Of a stretch of DNA of 32,000 bases, positions 9,371 through 18,035 are shown in pieces. The notes beneath the pieces were generated by a model. The model was not told the origin of the DNA and searched no databases. It saw only the letters and a program-made list of their open reading frames with translations. This DNA is from Nostoc sp. PCC 7120 = FACHB-418 (GTDB taxonomy: Bacteria; Cyanobacteriota; Cyanobacteriia; Cyanobacteriales; Nostocaceae), in the NCBI RefSeq assembly GCF_000009705.1, contig NC_003272.1, forward strand, positions 120,001 through 152,000. The letters run 5' to 3'. A program made the translations under genes and the position numbers. The stretch's first letter is position 1; each line of letters starts with the position of its first letter.

Positions 9371-9402
9371 TGATTGACATTACATATCAATCATTTCAAT
9401 CA
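9371..9402. promoter_or_regulatory. candidate operator: TGATTGA-N9-TCAATCA inverted repeat plus a third TCAATCA copy
   Basis: TGATTGA at 9371-9377, TCAATCA at 9387-9393 and again at 9396-9402. This lies 41-72 bp upstream of the XRE start codon. Confidence 0.3.
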
Positions 9403-9490
9403 AAAATTTATTAACTATTTTCTTTTATAAGGCATAAGCGATCGCTTGACACTCTAACAAACGACGTAGTTTTTCGTGATTTCAATAAAA

Positions 9491-9589
9491 TGGTGGGGGT
9501 GTGAGGGTATAAGAGTGTGGGGGTGTAAGGGAAGAATTGTTTATATTAGTCTTTTCCCTAAACCCCTAAACCCCTATACCCCTACCCCC
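9491..9589 (-). repeat. imperfect inverted G-rich/C-rich repeat (GGGTGTAAGGG / GGGTATA family), a probable cysA terminator hairpin
   Basis: The G-rich arm is 9491-9531 and the C-rich arm 9556-9589, abutting the cysA stop codon. On the minus-strand transcript the hairpin is followed by UUUUAUUG. Confidence 0.6.
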
Positions 9590-10606
9590 TTAAATCGAGT
9601 AATACAAAGGAAAAGATTTCGCATCCTTGGGTTTTACATATACCTTTTGCTTTGGTTCCAACTGTAGCTCATCGTAGCGATCGCGTGTTAAATGAGCGTT
9701 GACAACTTGCCCATCGTCTAAGGTTAATTCAACTTTGATTTCCCAGCCCAAATGGATCAATCGAGTGACTGTAGCAGGTGCGGTTGTACCGTTAGCAGAT
9801 TTCTCGATCACTACATCTTGTGGGCGTAAAAATACGTTTGGATGTTCTATCTCTAACTGGCTACTTTGGAAAATTCTGGAACTACTTGGCAAAACATTCA
9901 CTGGCCCAATGAAGCTCATCACAAAGGATGTGGCGGGGTTATCGTAAATTTCTGCGGGTGTTCCTACCTGTTCTACACGGCCTTGATTCATCACCACGAC
10001 CTCATCAGAAACTTCCATTGCTTCTTCTTGGTCGTGGGTGACAAAAACTGTGGTAACATGAACTTCATCATGGAGGCGGCGTAACCATGCGCGTAAGTCT
10101 TTACGGACTTTGGCATCAAGCGCTCCAAAAGGTTCATCTAAAAGTAATACACTAGGTTCTACTGCTAAGGCTCTAGCTAAGGCTACCCTTTGTCTTTGAC
10201 CACCCGAAAGCTGTGAAGGATAGCGATCGCCTAGCCCACTCAATTGCACTAGTTCTAATAACTGTTCTACCCGTCCTTTGACTTTATTCGCTGGTGCTTT
10301 GCGAATCTCTAACCCAAAGGCGATGTTTTGCCGGACTGTCAGATGCTTAAATAAAGCATAGTGTTGAAATACAAACCCGATGTTACGTTCTTGTACACTT
10401 TGGTTTGTAGCGTCTTTTCCCGTCAGAATAATTCTGCCATCGTCTGGCTTTTCGAGACCAGCAATTAAGCGGAGCAGAGTAGACTTACCAGATCCCGACG
10501 GCCCCAATAGGGCTACCAGTTTCCCGCTTTGGATTTCTAAGTTCACCTGATCAACCGCTCGGAAACTGCCGAATTGTTTGGATACGTTTTCAACTACTAT
10601 GCCCAC
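9590..10606 (-). CDS. cysA: sulfate/thiosulfate ABC transporter ATP-binding protein
   Basis: 338 aa. Walker [10 protein letters not shown], signature [15 protein letters not shown], Walker [13 protein letters not shown]-loop VTHDQEEA. The C-terminal regulatory (TOBE-like) domain and overall sequence are CysA-like. Confidence 0.85.
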
Positions 10607-10710
10607 TGCCGCTACACCTCTGCCAATTTATCTACGGCTAATTGCTAGGTTTACCGTGTTATAGATATATCATACATAAATGCAGTTAAATTTACTGATT
10701 AAAAAAAGAT

Positions 10711-11223
10711 TTAATTACCGCAACTGCCACAATCCAAGAAATCACACTCAACACCACTGCAATCTGGTAAATGGCAATCATCAGTGCTGCTACAGGCGAG
10801 GAAACTACAATCAACAATCTCTGAACAATTAGAACAATCATCGCCGCTTGAATATCCTGAACCCCAGCAACTTGATGACCTTGGCTGAGAGCGTTTTAAG
10901 GGCTTATCATCTTCAATTTTTCCATCCGCTTCCTCTGTCGGTTCTGAATCCTCCATTTGTGACAACTTTCGTTGCATCTTCGATGCTCGTAAAACTAAAT
11001 TGGCTTGTTTACAAGCTTGAAACCTAGCCTGGGATTTATCCCAAGCTGCGATTAATCCCTCCTCAGCAATCACGCGCTTGATGTAACCAGAGCAAGATTC
11101 ACCCCCATACAATAGTCGATGAGCGCAAGCAAAACCTTTATGGGGGGAAATGTGCTTTTGATATCCAGCGATCGCTACAATACCAATTTTCCTACCAAAG
11201 GAGTCCAATAGAGAAGTTTGCAT
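10711..11223 (-). CDS. divergent YidD-like (PF01809-type) domain protein with an acidic linker and a Cys-rich C-terminal tail
   Basis: 170 aa. The N-terminal YQKHISPHKGFACAHRLLYGGESCSGYIKRVIAEEGL resembles the YidD core (YQ..ISP...C.F.P.CS.Y). There are 10 Cys in the last 52 residues, with recurrent D/E-C dipeptides. Confidence 0.55.
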   Translation of the reverse strand: MQTSLLDSFGRKIGIVAIAGYQKHISPHKGFACAHRLLYGGESCSGYIKRVIAEEGLIAAWDKSQARFQACKQANLVLRASKMQRKLSQMEDSEPTEEADGKIEDDKPLKRSQPRSSSCWGSGYSSGDDCSNCSEIVDCSFLACSSTDDCHLPDCSGVECDFLDCGSCGN

Positions 11224-11273
11224 AGTTAGAGATTAGGGAATGAAACAAGCCTGGGAATAGGATGGAGAATAGA

Positions 11274-11301
11274 ACTGATGACTGATGACTGTTGACTGTT
11301 G
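11274..11301. repeat. STRR3-type heptamer repeat (ACTGATG x2, ACTGTTG x2 = complement of CAACAGT)
   Basis: Reads actgatg actgatg actgttg actgttg, with degenerate copies continuing to about 11330. It lies in the divergent spacer between the YidD-like gene and chlP. Confidence 0.85.
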
Positions 11302-11453
11302 CCTCAATGACAACTGACCATTGACTAACAGTATGTTACCCATTCACTAAGCTCTATCTCTAGTGCCAAATTTGTATCGAAACATTAAGGAATATTGCAT
11401 TTCTGTCAAAACCTGGAGGCAGAGCGAGAAATCACCCAAAAGACCGTGGTAGG

Positions 11454-12710
11454 ATGCTCTCGGTAAATGTGAAGATTGGGAGAAGACCTTTGACACTACG
11501 GGTTGCTGTTGTTGGGTCAGGCCCAGCTGGTTCCTCTGCTGCTGAAACACTAGCCAAAGCTGGGATTGAGACCTACCTGTTTGAGCGCAAATTGGATAAC
11601 GCCAAACCCTGTGGGGGGGCGATTCCCTTATGTATGGTAAGCGAGTTTGACTTACCACCAGAAATTATTGATCGTCAAGTGCGGAAGATGAAAATGATTT
11701 CACCTTCCAATCGTGAAGTTGATATCAATCTGATAAAAGAAGACGAATATATAGGAATGTGCCGGCGTGAAGTCCTAGATGGCTTCTTACGCAATCGCGC
11801 GGCAAAATTAGGGGCAAATTTAATTAATGCCACCGTTCATAAAGTTGATATACCTGGAAATAACAGCGACCCATACACCATTCATTATGTTGACCATAAT
11901 GAAGGCGGCGCACAAGGTGTCACAAAAACTTTAAAAGTAGATTTGATTATTGGTGCAGATGGGGCTAATTCCCGCATTGCCAAAGAAATGGATGCAGGGG
12001 ATTATAATTATGCGATCGCTTTCCAAGAGCGTATCCGCTTACCCGAAGATAAAATGGCATATTACAACGACCTTGCCGAAATGTATGTAGGCAATGACGT
12101 TTCCACAGACTTTTATGCCTGGGTATTCCCCAAATATGACCACGTAGCCGTCGGTACTGGCACAATGCAGGTACACAAAGCCAGCATCAAACAGTTACAG
12201 GCTGGTATCCGCACCCGTGCTAGCGAAAAATTAGCAGGTGGTAAAATCATCAAAGTAGAAGCCCACCCAATCCCCGAACATCCACGTCCTCGACGTGTTG
12301 TTGGTCGCATAGCCTTGGTTGGAGACGCTGCTGGCTACGTTACCAAGTCTTCTGGTGAAGGGATTTACTTTGCTGCTAAATCTGGGCGGATGTGTGCAGA
12401 AACCATTGTAGAAGTTTCTCAAAATGGTAGTCGTATTCCCACAGAAAACGAACTCAAGATTTATCTCAAACGCTGGGATAAAAAATACGGACTCACTTAC
12501 AAAGTGTTGGACATCTTACAAACAGTATTTTACCGCTCCGATGCCACCCGTGAGGCATTTGTAGAGATGTGTGGAGACTTGGATGTACAAAAACTGACTT
12601 TCGACAGCTATCTGTATAAGACAGTCGTCCCTGCTAACCCCATCACCCAGTTAAAAATTACTGCCAAGACAATTGGTAGTCTCATCCGTGGTAACGCTTT
12701 AGCACCCTAA
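11454..12710 (+). CDS. chlP: geranylgeranyl diphosphate/chlorophyll reductase
   Basis: FAD-binding RVAVVGSGPAGSSAAETLAKAG and conserved GDAAGYVTKSSGEGIYFAAKSG. The ATG at 11454 adds 12 atypical residues, and an in-frame TTG at 11490 (giving M-TLRVAVVG) may be the true start. Confidence 0.9.
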   Translation: MLSVNVKIGRRPLTLRVAVVGSGPAGSSAAETLAKAGIETYLFERKLDNAKPCGGAIPLCMVSEFDLPPEIIDRQVRKMKMISPSNREVDINLIKEDEYIGMCRREVLDGFLRNRAAKLGANLINATVHKVDIPGNNSDPYTIHYVDHNEGGAQGVTKTLKVDLIIGADGANSRIAKEMDAGDYNYAIAFQERIRLPEDKMAYYNDLAEMYVGNDVSTDFYAWVFPKYDHVAVGTGTMQVHKASIKQLQAGIRTRASEKLAGGKIIKVEAHPIPEHPRPRRVVGRIALVGDAAGYVTKSSGEGIYFAAKSGRMCAETIVEVSQNGSRIPTENELKIYLKRWDKKYGLTYKVLDILQTVFYRSDATREAFVEMCGDLDVQKLTFDSYLYKTVVPANPITQLKITAKTIGSLIRGNALAP

Positions 12711-12780
12711 ATTTGAGATGACCATCAAGTAATTTGTAATTAAGACTTAATTACAAATTCAAAATTCCGAATTAATTGTC

Positions 12781-12820
12781 AAATGGCACTCCCTGAATAC
12801 CAATGGGGAGTGCCATTTTG
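12781..12820 (+). terminator. chlP intrinsic terminator (13-bp stem, 12-nt loop, T-run)
   Basis: aaatggcactccc (12781-12793) pairs with gggagtgccattt (12806-12818), followed by t. An AT-rich 13-bp palindromic hairpin precedes it at 12731-12759. Confidence 0.6.
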
Positions 12821-13033
12821 ATTACCTAGTCAAGTTTTGTGTTGATTCGTAGCGATGTGAGTGTCATTCTGTAGGATACGTAGCTTGGGGAATTTAGACG
12901 CGTATGCGCGACTTCTCGAAGAGCATATATCCCGTGATACTACCCTACCTTGCGAACTGCATTTCCCTCAGTGTGACACAGATGTTACGGATTAATGAAA
13001 TCAAAGACTCAGCGCAATGACTTGAACAAGATT

Positions 13034-13777
13034 TCACTCAACAACTGATGTGGTAGCGCCCTCGCCGGATTGTGGGACGCTGGGTAGTTCCAGACAATAT
13101 CCCGCACCATATACTGTTTTGATATAGCGGGGGTGGCGGGGGTCTGGTTCTAGCTTAGTTCTCAAGTGCCGGATATGCACTCGAATCGTTTCAATGTCAT
13201 CATCTGGATCGTAACCCCAAACTTCTCGGAGGATTTCGCTTGGGGAAACTGTTTGTCCGTGACGTTGTAGCAAACAGTGGAGGAGTTCAAATTCCAAGTG
13301 AGTCAGTTTCACAGTTTGACCGAACCATATAGCCTCAAATCTTTCGGGAACTAAGGTCAGAGGCCCATAGTTCAAAATTTCGCTATGTTTGGCTGCTTGG
13401 GGAATGCGGTCGGTACGGCGTAATAATGCCCGCACCCGTGCCAGCATCTCTTCCACTTCAAATGGTTTGGTCAGATAATCATCTGCTCCGGCGTTAAAGC
13501 CTTCTACCTTGTCTTGAGTTTGGCTGAGAGCAGTCAACATCAAAACAGGAATTTCTGCCGTCCGTTCGTCTCGGCGTAAGCGCTGGCAAACCGTGAAACC
13601 ATCAACTCTAGGCAACATCAGATCAAGCATAATCAAGTCTGGTTGTAGCTGGAGAGCTAGTGCTTGACCTTTTATGCCATCTTCAGCTTGGCTTACATCG
13701 TAGCCAGCCATCTCTAGGTTGACAGCAACAAGTTCTGAAATCGCTGGGTCATCGTCTATTACAAGAATCCTTGGCAT
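13034..13777 (-). CDS. rpaA: OmpR-family response regulator, circadian/redox output regulator RpaA-like
   Basis: 247 aa. Receiver domain ([24 protein letters not shown]) plus a winged-helix domain ([34 protein letters not shown]). The full length closely matches my recollection of Synechococcus RpaA rather than RpaB. Confidence 0.8.
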   Translation of the reverse strand: MPRILVIDDDPAISELVAVNLEMAGYDVSQAEDGIKGQALALQLQPDLIMLDLMLPRVDGFTVCQRLRRDERTAEIPVLMLTALSQTQDKVEGFNAGADDYLTKPFEVEEMLARVRALLRRTDRIPQAAKHSEILNYGPLTLVPERFEAIWFGQTVKLTHLEFELLHCLLQRHGQTVSPSEILREVWGYDPDDDIETIRVHIRHLRTKLEPDPRHPRYIKTVYGAGYCLELPSVPQSGEGATTSVVE

Positions 13778-13933
13778 TCTTAAAAAATTATTACTACTTA
13801 TTAAGGATAAATAAGAACCTTTGGTAGATACAAAGATTTCTGTCTTGATTATAAAAAAGATTTTAAATCTAACATAAACCTTAAAACTACTAGTATGAAG
13901 AAAACAAAACTAAAATTACATTAAATTCGCAGT

Positions 13934-14995
13934 ATGATATGTTTCCCTCCCTACAATCCGCCTGTGTTTCTGAGAAATGGTGTTGTTACAACTGTTTACA
14001 CTACTTTGTGGGGAAAACGTTATTGGCAAAATACAACTCTCCATCCAGAACCTCAGTATCATAAAACAGTATTAATGGGTGGGCAAAATGTACCTATTTT
14101 TTGTTTGATTGCCATACCTGAAAATGCCCACAGTACGATTGTAGGGACTTATGGCATTACAGGCGATCTAGAAAATGAATGGTTTTTGAGATTGCTGGGA
14201 CGTAAAGCATACGCTCAAGGATTTGCTGTAGTTTTATTTGATTGGCGCGCCCACGGCAAAACAGCCGAATTATCACCAACACTAACTTCTGATGGTTTAT
14301 TTGAAGGTGAAGATTTTGTTAGAATTGCGGCTGGTGCGGCCGCTATGGGATGTCCCAGTAAATTTTGGTTTACAGGGTTTTCCTTAGGGGGACAACTGGC
14401 GTTGTGGGGGCTGAAAGCTGCGGCAGACTTAACTAATGACACTGAGTATTTTGGGCTAAAATATAGTGACATTGGAGGTGGTGCAGTAATTTGCCCAAAT
14501 TTAGATGCAACGCGATCGCTCAGTTACTTAGTTCGCCATCCTGTAGGTAAATACTTAGAGCAGAGTATTGCAAAAAACCTCAAGAACTTAGCATGGCGAA
14601 TACATGACTACCATCCAGGCACCCTAGACTCAGAAGCCATTAAACGAGCTAACACCATTTGGGATTTTGACAATGAACTGGTAATTAAGCGCCTTGGTTT
14701 CCCATCCGTAGAAACTTATTATGCGGCAAGCAGTCCTTTACAACTGTTACCAGAGATATCAAAACCTAGTCTAATTATTTACGCTGCGGATGACCCGCTA
14801 TTTCATCCAGAACTTGTTCCCGAATTACAAGCTACCTGTGAGAGCAATCCCAAAATAGATTTGCTGATGACTCGTTATGGTGGTCACATGGGCTATCTAA
14901 ATAGCAAAAAAGGTCAGATACAAGCCCAAGATGCTGATCCTTGGTGGGCGTGGAATCGCGTGTTGCAGTGGTTGGAATACATCAGAAAATTTTGA
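13934..14995 (+). CDS. alpha/beta-fold hydrolase (YheT-like)
   Basis: 353 aa. Nucleophile elbow GFSLGG, later ADDP and GGHMGY, consistent with a Ser-Asp-His triad. Confidence 0.75.
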   Translation: MICFPPYNPPVFLRNGVVTTVYTTLWGKRYWQNTTLHPEPQYHKTVLMGGQNVPIFCLIAIPENAHSTIVGTYGITGDLENEWFLRLLGRKAYAQGFAVVLFDWRAHGKTAELSPTLTSDGLFEGEDFVRIAAGAAAMGCPSKFWFTGFSLGGQLALWGLKAAADLTNDTEYFGLKYSDIGGGAVICPNLDATRSLSYLVRHPVGKYLEQSIAKNLKNLAWRIHDYHPGTLDSEAIKRANTIWDFDNELVIKRLGFPSVETYYAASSPLQLLPEISKPSLIIYAADDPLFHPELVPELQATCESNPKIDLLMTRYGGHMGYLNSKKGQIQAQDADPWWAWNRVLQWLEYIRKF

Positions 14996-15107
14996 TTACA
15001 GCAGTTTTATTTTGAATAAAGTACGAGGTTAATGGTTTTGAGGCAGTTGAGTTCATCTTTTGTCTTCTCTACCTCACTTATTTGCAAACGGCTATGTATA
15101 TTTTATT

Positions 15108-15145
15108 TTATTCACAAAGCCTGCTTTTATAGGCTTTGTGAATAA
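15108..15145. terminator. 15-bp-stem hairpin between convergent genes (possible bidirectional terminator)
   Basis: ttattcacaaagcct (15108-15122) pairs with aggctttgtgaataa (15131-15145), with an 8-nt loop. The flanks are AT-rich. Confidence 0.45.
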
Positions 15146-15283
15146 TTCAGGTGACATTAACTACACGCTAGAGAAAACCTTGATAACCGTCCCTCATTTT
15201 CTCAATTAGTGAATTAATTACGGATAGAATAGAGGTTACTTAAAGTTCTAATCAGGCTGGCTTCAACTATTCAGGTTCACTGT

Positions 15284-15904
15284 CTAGACGGATGCTGGCT
15301 TTTTCTTCAGGACTCTAGCCAAGGAACCAACTGCCAACAGACCGAAAATTACCCCAGGTTCGGGGATAACACTTGCTGTCAATTGACCACCATTATCTAA
15401 TCGACAGTTAGGAAATGTGTCGCAGACTTCTGGAGAGAGATCATCTTTCAAAAATATAGTTGTAGGTAATCCTAGAGCAGACAAATCAGCCCCTTGATAA
15501 GTATAGAAGGACAACCCTGCTGAGGTTGTATTAAAGTCAATGCCCAAATCAAAGCCGTTGGGTGTATCAAAGCTGCCAGTTTGTAGGACAGTGCCTGTAA
15601 CTGTATCAAAGTTGAAATTAAAAGTACTGTTAGGATTAGGAAAACTGTACTTGAAACTTTGCAACAAAGTTCCTTGGGGGTCGAAGAAGGAAATATCGAA
15701 ACGCCTTAGTTGATCGCGGGTAATAACGCTTCCTTGAAAAATATTGTCGTAGTTGAAACGTCCTTGCGCTGAATAACCTTGACTTCCTGTCCAATCAAGC
15801 CTGTAGGAAGCAGCATCAGCGCTGGAGATATTGGCTAAAGTAGCAATTGAAGTAACAGCAGCAACGGCTAAAGTAGCTTGGATTTGGTTACGTATGCTTT
15901 TCAT
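15284..15904 (-). CDS. secreted PEP-CTERM sorting-domain protein
   Basis: 206 aa. N-terminal signal peptide (ATLAVAAVTSIATLANISSADA). C-terminal VIPEPGVIFGLLAVGSLARVLKKK gives the PEP motif, a TM helix and a basic tail. Confidence 0.8.
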   Translation of the reverse strand: MKSIRNQIQATLAVAAVTSIATLANISSADAASYRLDWTGSQGYSAQGRFNYDNIFQGSVITRDQLRRFDISFFDPQGTLLQSFKYSFPNPNSTFNFNFDTVTGTVLQTGSFDTPNGFDLGIDFNTTSAGLSFYTYQGADLSALGLPTTIFLKDDLSPEVCDTFPNCRLDNGGQLTASVIPEPGVIFGLLAVGSLARVLKKKPASV

Positions 15905-16275
15905 TTTTTAAGATTAGAAATGAGTTCTGATGTTGTTGCAACGATCGCTAACTTGCAATTATCCGTTACAAAAGCGTAGATAATTTTAGCGAGAGTCAAG
16001 CCATGTCAAATGTTTTTATGTTGCTCAATAAGCACATAAAAAGCTTTAATTTGCCCATACTAATAGGCTTGGTTGATAATAGCTAGATTCACTAGCCCCT
16101 GGGAATTAATAACAAAATTGGCGTTGTTAGACATTCATAATGTCTAAAACCACTAGGGGGAATTTTATCATTAGATTGAATTTAGTTTTAATAGTTTAGG
16201 TTTTATTTTCTCAATAAAATACAAAAAAAATATATTCGTCCAGAAATCATTGAATTTTCTTTTGATTAAAGTAAT

Positions 16276-16327
16276 CTTTAACTAGTCTTAACCTAATATT
16301 GCATCTTACTTATGTATCACTTAATTC
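16276..16327 (+). promoter_or_regulatory. candidate Pho box: 8-mers at exact 11-bp phasing
   Basis: ctttaact (16276), cttaacct (16287), attgcatc (16298), cttatgta (16309), cttaattc (16320). Two fit or nearly fit PyTTAAPyPy(T/A): cttaacct exactly and cttaattc except at its last base. ctttaact and cttatgta are partial matches, and attgcatc does not fit. The array lies about 300 bp upstream of the PhoX-like gene. Confidence 0.25.
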
Positions 16328-16622
16328 TTTTGATTGTTGGTGTAATGAGTGAGCTTATTCTTATCTTAACTTCACCATTTCGCTAATGGTGATTAAGCAA
16401 AATAATGAACGGATACGTCTCTTTGCAAGCTTATTCGTCTAAGTTTTGCTATATATAAAATCTGTCATTTTTTGATTAAGATATATTATTTATCTCGATT
16501 TTGTATAAAAAAATAAACTGTGTAAATTCTATTAACAAGTTTTATTTTAAATGAATCATTACCAGAACTTAATCAAGCACAAGTAATTTTTACTAGGCAT
16601 TTTGATTAACCAAAAATTTCTC

Positions 16623-17957
16623 ATGACATTATCTAGACGCAAGTTTTTTGCAATGGCTGGTGCGAGTGCAGCCGGAACTCTAGCTATATCTCCCTTGCAA
16701 GGTCTGCTTGCTAGAGCTGCTTTCGGTCAAGTGACACCTACCACTACAGGATATGGTCCACTTATTGACAGTCTTGATGGGATTTTAGCAGTACCAGCTG
16801 GATTCCAGTATCGAGTTATATCTCGTGTTGGTAACATCATGGCTGATGGATCTCCAGTACCTGGTAGTCAAGACGGGATGGCAGCCTTCAAAGGTCCTAG
16901 AGGCACAACTATCTTGATTTGTAACCATGAACTGGGCAATACTTCTGGTACACAAGTACAAGTACCAAATCGTTATGATCCTGTGAGTAGAGGCGGAACT
17001 ACGACTATGGTTGTAGGGGCAAATCGTCAGTTAATCAAACAGTTTGCCTCTCTCGGTGGAACCATTCGTAACTGTGCAGGTGGTCCAACTCCTTGGGGTT
17101 CATGGATTACTTGTGAAGAAAATGTCAGCGTACCTGGTAGCTCTGATGGATCTACAAAGTTACACGGTTATAACTTTGAGGTTCCCGCTAGTGCTACGGC
17201 TCCTGTAGAACCAGTGCCTCTAGTGGCTATGGGACGATTTAACCATGAGGCTGTGGCTGTAGACCCTGCAACTGGTATTGTTTACCAAACAGAAGATAGA
17301 GGAGATAGCCTTTTCTATCGTTTTCTCCCCAACCAACCTGGTAATTTAGCAGCAGGTGGTAGACTCCAAGCTCTCAGAATAGGTAATATTTCTAACATTG
17401 CTGGTAGTGTTAACACTGCTGGTGGTTTCAGCGTAGGACAAAAATGGGCTGTAAATTGGGTAGATATCCCTGAGCCTAACCCACAAACAGATAATGTCCG
17501 TGAACAGGGTCGTAACTTAGGTGCAGCTAGATTTGCTCGTGGGGAAGGTATTTGGTACGGTAACGGTGAAATTTATTTCTGTTGTACAAATGGCGGCTCT
17601 GTTAACCCTAGTGGTAATCCTAATGGGCTTGGTCAAGTCTTCCGTTACATTCCTGCTACTAATACCCTTGAGTTGTTTGTCCAGTCTCCTGGAGCCAGTG
17701 ATCTTCGTGCGCCTGATAACATTTGTGTAGCACCTTTTGGCGATCTCATTCTTTGTGAAGACGGAGCTGCGCCCAATTTTATAAGAGGTGTGACTCCTGA
17801 TGGAAAACTCTATAATATTGCACGTAACATCTTAAATGGTGGTGGTAGTGAGTTTGCTGGAGCTTGTTTTTCTCCTGATGGTCGCACTCTGTTTGTTAAC
17901 GTCCAAAGTGCTGGTCTGACTCTAGCTATCTGGGGTCCTTGGGAAAGACGGATTTAG
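16623..17957 (+). CDS. Tat-secreted DUF839 / PhoX-like beta-propeller protein (putative phosphatase)
   Basis: Twin-arginine signal MTLSRRKFFAMAGASAAG. Conserved blocks NHE, CAGGPTPWGSWITCEE, GRFNHEAVAVDP, RGEGIWY, PDNICVAPFGDLILCEDG, EFAGACFSPDGRTLFVNVQ. I chose the ATG at 16623 over the track's TTG at 16602. Confidence 0.75.
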   Translation: MTLSRRKFFAMAGASAAGTLAISPLQGLLARAAFGQVTPTTTGYGPLIDSLDGILAVPAGFQYRVISRVGNIMADGSPVPGSQDGMAAFKGPRGTTILICNHELGNTSGTQVQVPNRYDPVSRGGTTTMVVGANRQLIKQFASLGGTIRNCAGGPTPWGSWITCEENVSVPGSSDGSTKLHGYNFEVPASATAPVEPVPLVAMGRFNHEAVAVDPATGIVYQTEDRGDSLFYRFLPNQPGNLAAGGRLQALRIGNISNIAGSVNTAGGFSVGQKWAVNWVDIPEPNPQTDNVREQGRNLGAARFARGEGIWYGNGEIYFCCTNGGSVNPSGNPNGLGQVFRYIPATNTLELFVQSPGASDLRAPDNICVAPFGDLILCEDGAAPNFIRGVTPDGKLYNIARNILNGGGSEFAGACFSPDGRTLFVNVQSAGLTLAIWGPWERRI

Positions 17958-18035
17958 TGACGACCTACTAATCTCAAAAACCTAGTTGAGAAAAGCGATC
18001 GCCTCTGTGTTAACTTGAGTATCAGCGATCGCTTT

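Noticed and set aside
4838-9402. Roco block as a mobile genomic island
   Set aside because: I could find no integrase, transposase, tRNA attachment site or flanking direct repeats. It may be accessory, but there is no direct evidence of mobility.
9476-9667. 63-aa plus-strand ORF (WWGCEGIRVWGCKG...)
   Set aside because: It is a translation of the G-rich repeat arm and of the antisense cysA 3' end, an artefact of repeat sequence.
11347-11658. 103-aa minus-strand ORF across the chlP start
   Set aside because: It is antisense to the highly conserved FAD-binding N-terminus of ChlP and has an arbitrary composition, so it is very likely spurious.
16568-16575. Single perfect Pho-box octamer CTTAATCA 48 bp upstream of the PhoX-like ATG
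   Set aside because: The octamers 11 bp either side (cattacca, acaagtaa) do not fit, and a lone 8-mer in AT-rich DNA is not meaningful. The phased array at 16276-16327 is the better, though still speculative, candidate.
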